The notes under the pieces are model-generated. The model was not told the DNA's origin, did no database searches, and saw only the letters and a program-made list of their open reading frames with translations. Position numbers and translations under genes: made by a program. Positions 58,533 to 64,000 of a DNA stretch of 64,000 nucleotides are shown piece by piece. Numbering within the stretch: the stretch's first letter is position 1; every line of letters begins with the position of its first letter. Source of the DNA: a virus (Duplodnaviria > Caudoviricetes); IMG/VR virus record IMGVR_UViG_3300049988_000375, positions 1-64,000 of that record; one strand, given 5' to 3'.

Positions 58533-60478
58533 TGGACCTACTCAAAAAACTGTTCGTCAATATGGGCGTGCTGCTCGGGCAAACGTCCATGACCTCGTTT
58601 CGGCCGAAGGTGGGCAAGCGAACGGACGTGTGGAAGGATGGCACGCCGCTCATCACGCAGTACAACGCTGATGGCACCGTGGCACCCGACCCGCGCACGC
58701 AGGGGCCGATTGGCGAAGTGCTCTACACCACGGCCTACGGCGACGAGGACGTGCAGTACTTTGAGAATGTCTTTCCTAACGACGTGCTGGAACTGCGCGA
58801 CTTCGGCATTACGCCCGATACGCCCGACTGCTCGCCGCTGTGGGAAGCGCTGAGCAACTACTTCCCCCTCTCGCTGCCGCAGGACTTCCTCTTGCAGCCG
58901 GGCCGCTTGTATAAGTTCGCCACTGGCTTGCGCGTGGACTCGCGGGCGCACCGCATATTCAGCCCCAACCCGCGCAAGCCCGCGAGCGTGCTGGTGCCAG
59001 GTGGCGTGATTGCCTTTCAGAGCTACGGCACCAACGGCACGCTGGGCGCCATGCTCGAAAACATGAAGTTGGGTGTGTACGGGCCGCTGGCAGTAGATGG
59101 GGCGAAGGATGGCAACGGGGTGCTCTACCCGCTTAACGATGTGCGCAGCGACGACCCCTACGCCTCCAAATACCACGGCGCGTTGATAAGTAACGTTGTA
59201 AAGATGCGCAACGTGGAAATCAACGGGTTCAGCGGCTGCGGGCTCTGCGTGATTGCCTACATCAACCCCAACGATACTTACACGGCCAACGCCAGCCTGA
59301 GCACGTTTCACAGCATTAAGGTCACGGGCTGCCGGGGCGATGGCATCCTGCTCAATGGGGCCGATGCCAACCACATGCTGTTCTTCGACGTGGATTGCCG
59401 CGATAACGAGGGCTTCGGCTACACCGACGACTCGCTGCTGGGCAACCACGCCCACTTCATGCACTTCAACAACAACAAGCGCGGCACCTTCCGCGTCCGT
59501 GGGCCGGGCAACTCGGCGCTGCTGACCGCCATCTACACCGAAGAGCAGTACATCCCCATCACGCACCCCAGCTCCGAGGGCGTAGCCACCGGCAAAGGCT
59601 ACGGCGGCTACCTCTACGGCAACGCCAAAATGGTCGGCGGCACTACGAACCTACCCAGCGGCTCGGGCACGCCTGGCAGCCCTGTATTCTGCTTTGACCG
59701 GGCCGAGGCCACGGTGGGGCGGTATTCGAGCGGCATGACCTTCGGCGGTACGGTGGACGTGGGCAGCAACGGACTCTACTTCGACGGGGGCTTTACCCTC
59801 TCGCGGGCGAACGAAGCGGCGGGCTTCCGCTACAAGCTCGGCGGCAGCTACACGGCTAACATGGGCGAGTTCACGGGCGCCAACCTGCGCCTGAGTCAGA
59901 CGGGGCGCCTGATGGTGGACGACAGCGCCAACTTCACCCAGCCCCACATCAACGGCTGCCGGCTTATCCAGGTGGACACCTACGAGCGGCTGCGCCTCTA
60001 CCAGCCCGGCCCTGAGCCCTACGTGTTTTACCCCGGCGACACGGTAACGCGCACCTACCCGCTGCCCTGGCTGCCCACCCGCCTGGTGTGCGTGGCGGGT
60101 GGCAAGTTCCTCTCAGACTACACTACCCAGCTCACGCTCACGGCCGAGGCGCTGGGCAGCGGCGAGTACGTGCAGCGGGTCAGCGGCACGGGCACGCTGC
60201 CCAAGGCGGGCGACTTCATTACGGGCAACGGCAACGGACCGGTGCAGGTGGCTTCGGTCGATGAGACGAACCGCATCCTGCGCTTTGCGACTAACGGCTA
60301 CGAAATGCCGGGTACTACCAATGCGCTGGGCTACGCCAAGCCGGTGTTCCGCCCCGAGGGTGCGGGGTCGGGCACTAGTGCGCAGCGCCCCGATTTGACG
60401 GGCTATGCGGGGCCGTGGCAATACTTTAATACTACCAGTGGTAACTTGCAAACGTGGACGGGGGCGGCCTGGCAATAG
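58532..60478 (+). CDS. Tailspike with pectate-lyase-like beta-helix
   Basis: LRDFG head, periodic N/G-rich beta-helix (NVEINGFSGCG, GCRGDGI, DNEGFG), terminal SAQRP...YFNTT...WTGAAW. Confidence 0.8.
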   Translation: MDLLKKLFVNMGVLLGQTSMTSFRPKVGKRTDVWKDGTPLITQYNADGTVAPDPRTQGPIGEVLYTTAYGDEDVQYFENVFPNDVLELRDFGITPDTPDCSPLWEALSNYFPLSLPQDFLLQPGRLYKFATGLRVDSRAHRIFSPNPRKPASVLVPGGVIAFQSYGTNGTLGAMLENMKLGVYGPLAVDGAKDGNGVLYPLNDVRSDDPYASKYHGALISNVVKMRNVEINGFSGCGLCVIAYINPNDTYTANASLSTFHSIKVTGCRGDGILLNGADANHMLFFDVDCRDNEGFGYTDDSLLGNHAHFMHFNNNKRGTFRVRGPGNSALLTAIYTEEQYIPITHPSSEGVATGKGYGGYLYGNAKMVGGTTNLPSGSGTPGSPVFCFDRAEATVGRYSSGMTFGGTVDVGSNGLYFDGGFTLSRANEAAGFRYKLGGSYTANMGEFTGANLRLSQTGRLMVDDSANFTQPHINGCRLIQVDTYERLRLYQPGPEPYVFYPGDTVTRTYPLPWLPTRLVCVAGGKFLSDYTTQLTLTAEALGSGEYVQRVSGTGTLPKAGDFITGNGNGPVQVASVDETNRILRFATNGYEMPGTTNALGYAKPVFRPEGAGSGTSAQRPDLTGYAGPWQYFNTTSGNLQTWTGAAWQ

Positions 60479-60683
60479 CCCATGCTACCCCTACGCGAAA
60501 CGTGGCCCCGCCTGCTCTTGTTCTGCTTAGCGGCGGCCCTGGCCTATTGGGGCACTCGTTTGCTGCCCGCCTCTTTTCTGCCCTAGCTGCCCGCCGCTCC
60601 CATGCGCCCCCCGAAAAAGACCCCGCCCACCGTGGCCCGGCTCACGCCGGATGAACAGATAGCTAACCCCCTTTTTCTGCACT

Positions 60684-61163
60684 ATGCCGCCGCGTAAAGC
60701 CACTGCCTCCGCCCCAGAGGATATGTCGCAACTAGCCGGCCAGGTAAATGTCCTGTCCGGCCGGGTTGACCGTGTGGAGAAGCGCATGGACACCTACGAG
60801 AAGAAGGTTGATGATGTGCAGAAAACGGTGCAACATGGCGCGCAGACAACCGCCGAGAACAACCTGCTACTACACAAGCTACTATTGGCAGTGCAGGGTC
60901 AGCGTGAACCTGGACTAGAAACCCCTGGTCTGCTAGCCCGCTTTACCGAGATGGAGGAAAGGCTGGGCAATCAGATTAAATGCCACAGTGATGATTTGGC
61001 CGATTTGCAAGAGGCCCGGCAGGAGCAAGAGCGAGCCCAAGCCCGCCGCAATGGCTATATGGCGGGGGCAGCGGCTGTATTTGCCGTGGTATCAGCCTTA
61101 CTTGGTTGGTATTTCTCAGCTCAGTTACATCATCTATTCGAGTTACTAAACGCCAAGCCATGA
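60684..61163 (+). CDS. Coiled-coil protein with C-terminal TM (holin/XhlA-like)
   Basis: Heptad region then GAAAVFAVVSALLGWYF. Confidence 0.55.
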   Translation: MPPRKATASAPEDMSQLAGQVNVLSGRVDRVEKRMDTYEKKVDDVQKTVQHGAQTTAENNLLLHKLLLAVQGQREPGLETPGLLARFTEMEERLGNQIKCHSDDLADLQEARQEQERAQARRNGYMAGAAAVFAVVSALLGWYFSAQLHHLFELLNAKP

Positions 61164-61555
61164 CCCTAGCCAACGCTATCGCCTTCCTATCGCGAAACTT
61201 GCCCCGAATCCTTTCTGGTTGCGCCATCGTGGTGGTAATCGCCCTAGTCGCCACCTGCCACTACGCGAGCAAGGTGAACGAGGCCCTAGACACCAACCCG
61301 CCGCTGCCCAAGAAGGAGGTAGCCCGCATTGTAGCCAAGCAGCAGGCGGCTGAGAAGGCGGCGGCCGTGTACCAGCAGGTGGCTAAGGTGAAGGTGCGCG
61401 AGGCGGATAGCCTCCACCGGGTTGTTCTCTCCAACGTCAAACAGGCTGACAGCCTACGCCATGAATCTCAAGCCCTACCCGCTAGCACTGCTGGCCCTCT
61501 TAGCCGCATCCAGCGCACACTCGCAAACTACCAAAGCCCCGACACGGCCCGATAG
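61160..61555 (+). CDS. Inner-membrane spanin-like protein
   Basis: N-terminal TM then helical periplasmic region; overlaps the next gene. Confidence 0.55.
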   Translation: MTLANAIAFLSRNLPRILSGCAIVVVIALVATCHYASKVNEALDTNPPLPKKEVARIVAKQQAAEKAAAVYQQVAKVKVREADSLHRVVLSNVKQADSLRHESQALPASTAGPLSRIQRTLANYQSPDTAR

Positions 61556-61877
61556 CACGGTCTGCATCCCCGGTGCCGCCGCCCGCCGCATCGACGCCGA
61601 CCTGCAACGTTACCGGCTGGGCATCGCGGAGAACCACCGCCTGCGTGATGCCGTGCAGGCCAGCACAAGCGAGACGCGGGCCGTGCGCCACGCCCTCGCG
61701 GCCAAGGATAGCGTGGTAGCCTCGGTGGGCGACCAGCTCGTGGGCGAGCGGATGCTGCGCTCGCACGCGGAAGGGGAGGGGGCAGTGTGGAAGGCCAAAG
61801 CTAAAAAACGCTGGTGGATTATTGTAGGCGAAACCGCCCTAGTTATCGCCGGTGTCGTACTGGCCGGCAGCCGCTAA
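61461..61877 (+). CDS. Second spanin-like component
   Basis: Signal peptide, coiled coil, C-terminal hydrophobic segment; overlaps the previous gene in another frame. Confidence 0.5.
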   Translation: MNLKPYPLALLALLAASSAHSQTTKAPTRPDSTVCIPGAAARRIDADLQRYRLGIAENHRLRDAVQASTSETRAVRHALAAKDSVVASVGDQLVGERMLRSHAEGEGAVWKAKAKKRWWIIVGETALVIAGVVLAGSR

Positions 61878-62245
61878 TGAGTTTGAAGAAAATACCCGAA
61901 TCCGAAAAGCCCATCCTGCGGCAGTTCTTCCAGAACGCCAGGGGTAGGGCTGACCTAAAGCAGCCAGCCGGCTTTCTAACCCTGCTCACGCTGCTCTACT
62001 GCGCCGCTATCAGCGCCACCATCTCAGACGCCCTTGTGTTCACGCTCGGCGCCGTGATTGTGCTCTGGTGGGTAGGCGACACGACCGAGGCCGTGGCGGT
62101 GCTAAAGGCGCTCTATGGTGGCTACCAGCAGAAGGCGACCACCGAGATTAACAACACCAGCCAAGGCACCCAATCAGTCACCACGCCCACGGGTGACAGC
62201 ACCACAATTAATCAGCAAGTCCCCACCGAACCCTCGACCGAATAA
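61877..62245 (+). CDS. Holin-like membrane protein
   Basis: Two TM segments, directly upstream of the endolysin. Confidence 0.55.
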   Translation: MSLKKIPESEKPILRQFFQNARGRADLKQPAGFLTLLTLLYCAAISATISDALVFTLGAVIVLWWVGDTTEAVAVLKALYGGYQQKATTEINNTSQGTQSVTTPTGDSTTINQQVPTEPSTE

Positions 62246-62781
62246 TGCTCCCTACTCAATTCGCCTTCCTCGCCAACGAGCCCGGCCCCGTCGTGCTGCG
62301 CGAAGCCCTCAAAGACCTTGGCCTGCACGAAGTGCCCGGCCCCGGCAACAGCCCCCGCATCTTGGAAATGGCGCGGCAGGTGGGCGCCGACTCCTACTAT
62401 AAGCAGGACGCCACGCCTTGGTGCGCGCTGGCAATGAGCGCGTGGGTAAAGGCGGCGGGCTTTAAGCTGCCCTACGACCCGCTGGCGGCCCTCAATTGGG
62501 CCAAATTCGGCAATCCTGTAGCTCCCGGCGAGGCTAGCCTGGGCGACATACTGGTGAAGGCCCGCGTGGGCGGCGGCCACGTCACGCTTTACGTAGGCGA
62601 GACAGCCACCCATTACGCGTGCTTAGGCGGCAATCAGGCGAACTCGGTGTGCATCGCGTGGTTTCCCAAGGCGTCATTCAGCGCTATTCGCCGCTGCCCT
62701 TGGAAGGTTGCTCAGCCGGCCAACGTGCGGCCCATCAAGTTTAACAAGGCGGGCGTGTACGTGCCAGTAAGCGAGGCATAG
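62245..62781 (+). CDS. Endolysin, TIGR02594/CHAP-NlpC/P60-like
   Basis: EVPG..NSPRI, TPWCA, GGGHV.LY, LGGNQ. Confidence 0.88.
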   Translation: MLPTQFAFLANEPGPVVLREALKDLGLHEVPGPGNSPRILEMARQVGADSYYKQDATPWCALAMSAWVKAAGFKLPYDPLAALNWAKFGNPVAPGEASLGDILVKARVGGGHVTLYVGETATHYACLGGNQANSVCIAWFPKASFSAIRRCPWKVAQPANVRPIKFNKAGVYVPVSEA

Positions 62782-62784
62782 CCC

Positions 62785-62859
62785 GCTGCGATTGTCTGAA
62801 ATTTAGTCGATAAAGTACTGCGATTTACTTTTTTTAGTAAGTAAATCGCAGTATCTTTG
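62785..62859 (+). promoter_or_regulatory. Three-box promoter F
   Basis: Boxes at 62785 and 62817; TCGCAG abutting TATCTTTG (62852); 15-bp inverted repeat 62816-62830/62839-62853. Confidence 0.8.
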
Positions 62860-62889
62860 CTTCATACCCAATCCTTTATCCGCAACCTC

Positions 62890-64000
62890 GTGGCCGGAAA
62901 ACTATCAGAGAAATCCATCGCCGGGGCTGCCCGCGCAACTGCTCTCGCCCACCCTCACTTAACTACGACCGTTGCACTTCGCCAGCAACTAACTGCTGAC
63001 TACCCGCATCTGGCAAACGAAGATGGGCGGGCGGTGCTCACTGCCTGCCGTAGAGCCATGAGCAACAGATGCGAGGCCAGTAATTCCGGCGAAGTGCCGC
63101 TCGAGCCCGCTGCCCTAAAGGTCACAACGGAAGGGCAAGGTCGCACCATCGAATCACTGGCTTCTACTACCGTTCGTACCCTCGACGGGCTGTTGCAGGC
63201 TAGTCAAACCGACCCGCTGCTGTGGGAGGTGACGCGCCACGAAATCAACAAGTGGGACGTGTCGATGAATACGGCTGACGGGCCGGCTGTCGCAACCAAC
63301 TGGCAGGTAAAGGCGTGGCTCTCGCCAATTGAGCGAGTAAACGAATACACTGTAGCTGAGATGGCGAAGGTGCTGGCGCCCTTGGTGCGCCGCACTGGTC
63401 ACGCATTCCGGCCCAAGCAGACCGAGGCGCACGCCGACTATCTATTGGAGCTGGATATTTTCGACCTGCACTTGGGCAAGCGCGCTGACGTGCTGGAAAC
63501 GGGCGAGCACTACGACCTGCAAGCAGCCTGTGAACTCTACGATACGGCGGTCGATAAGCTACTAGCCCGCGCCGCTGGTTACCCCATCGGCACGGTGTTG
63601 CTGCCCGTAGGCAACGACTTCTTTAACTCTGATAGCCTGCTAGGGGCTACCACGAAGGGCACCCCGCAGCACGAGGACGCCAGATGGCAGCGCACGTTCG
63701 TTACGGGCTCGTCACTGATAATTGGGGCAGTTAATCGGCTACGCGAGAAAGGTTTGAAGGTGAAGATTGTGACGGTGCCCGGGAATCACGACTATCAAAA
63801 TACGTTCTTCTTGGGGCAGGTCTTGCAGGCTACGTTCAGCGAGTGCCCCGACGTGGAAATTGATTGCACTTTCCCGCCCCGCAAGTACGTGCAGTTCCAC
63901 GACTGCGCTATCATGTTCACCCACGGCAGCGACGAGAAGGAAAGCAACCTGGCAATGCTTTTCGCGCAGGAACAGCCGCTTATCTGGGCTGCCACCAAGT
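62890..64000 (+). CDS. Calcineurin-like metallophosphoesterase (truncated by window end; absent from ORF track)
   Basis: DIFDLHLGK, VGNDFFNSD, VPGNHD, THGS motifs; GTG at 62890. Confidence 0.88.
   Translation, partial: MAGKLSEKSIAGAARATALAHPHLTTTVALRQQLTADYPHLANEDGRAVLTACRRAMSNRCEASNSGEVPLEPAALKVTTEGQGRTIESLASTTVRTLDGLLQASQTDPLLWEVTRHEINKWDVSMNTADGPAVATNWQVKAWLSPIERVNEYTVAEMAKVLAPLVRRTGHAFRPKQTEAHADYLLELDIFDLHLGKRADVLETGEHYDLQAACELYDTAVDKLLARAAGYPIGTVLLPVGNDFFNSDSLLGATTKGTPQHEDARWQRTFVTGSSLIIGAVNRLREKGLKVKIVTVPGNHDYQNTFFLGQVLQATFSECPDVEIDCTFPPRKYVQFHDCAIMFTHGSDEKESNLAMLFAQEQPLIWAATK

Noticed and set aside
1-64000. Stop-codon reassignment as in some crAss-like phages
   Set aside because: Long genes are intact in the standard code, and TAG/TGA end genes right before the next start (e.g. 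33940/33942, 40100/40103).
1-64000. Integrase, att sites, tRNA or rRNA genes
   Set aside because: No recombinase motif, cloverleaf or rRNA-like sequence recognised; lifestyle cannot be decided from this window.

Overview
The window is a continuous ~60-65% GC tailed-phage (or prophage) segment. Canonical Bacteroidota sigma-A promoters (TTTG-19/20nt-TAnnTTTG) and a DUF3127 SSB point to a Bacteroidota host; a GC-rich Hymenobacter-type host is only my inference. Layout: (1) a leftward early/accessory operon (677-6475) with exact intergenic repeats, a beta-clamp-like protein, DUF3846, a winged-helix protein and an HNH nuclease; (2) an ~820 bp non-coding strand-switch region; (3) rightward small genes and DNA-metabolism genes (RepL-like, DUF551, SSB, His-Me nuclease, HAD-dNMP kinase fusion); (4) a crAss-like/podovirus-type morphogenesis module (tandem GroES, TerL, portal, scaffold, major capsid, three ring proteins, muzzle, GNAT, cargo proteins) interleaved with moron-like genes and interrupted by a ncRNA-led accessory operon (36.5-40.9 kb); (5) tail appendages (Ig/FN3, SGNH esterase, LamG, beta-helix spike), a lysis cassette, and a truncated metallophosphoesterase. 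No integrase, tRNA, rRNA, CRISPR array, reverse transcriptase or virion RNA polymerase motif was found. The strongest unexplained signals are: a six-member promoter family with invariant three-box geometry; a small RNA whose first and last hairpin loops are perfectly complementary; a strand-biased 10-mer (CGGGGYTAGT) packed into the first 4.7 kb; and repeat-bounded gene cassettes in the early region. All family assignments come from motif recognition by eye, not database searches.
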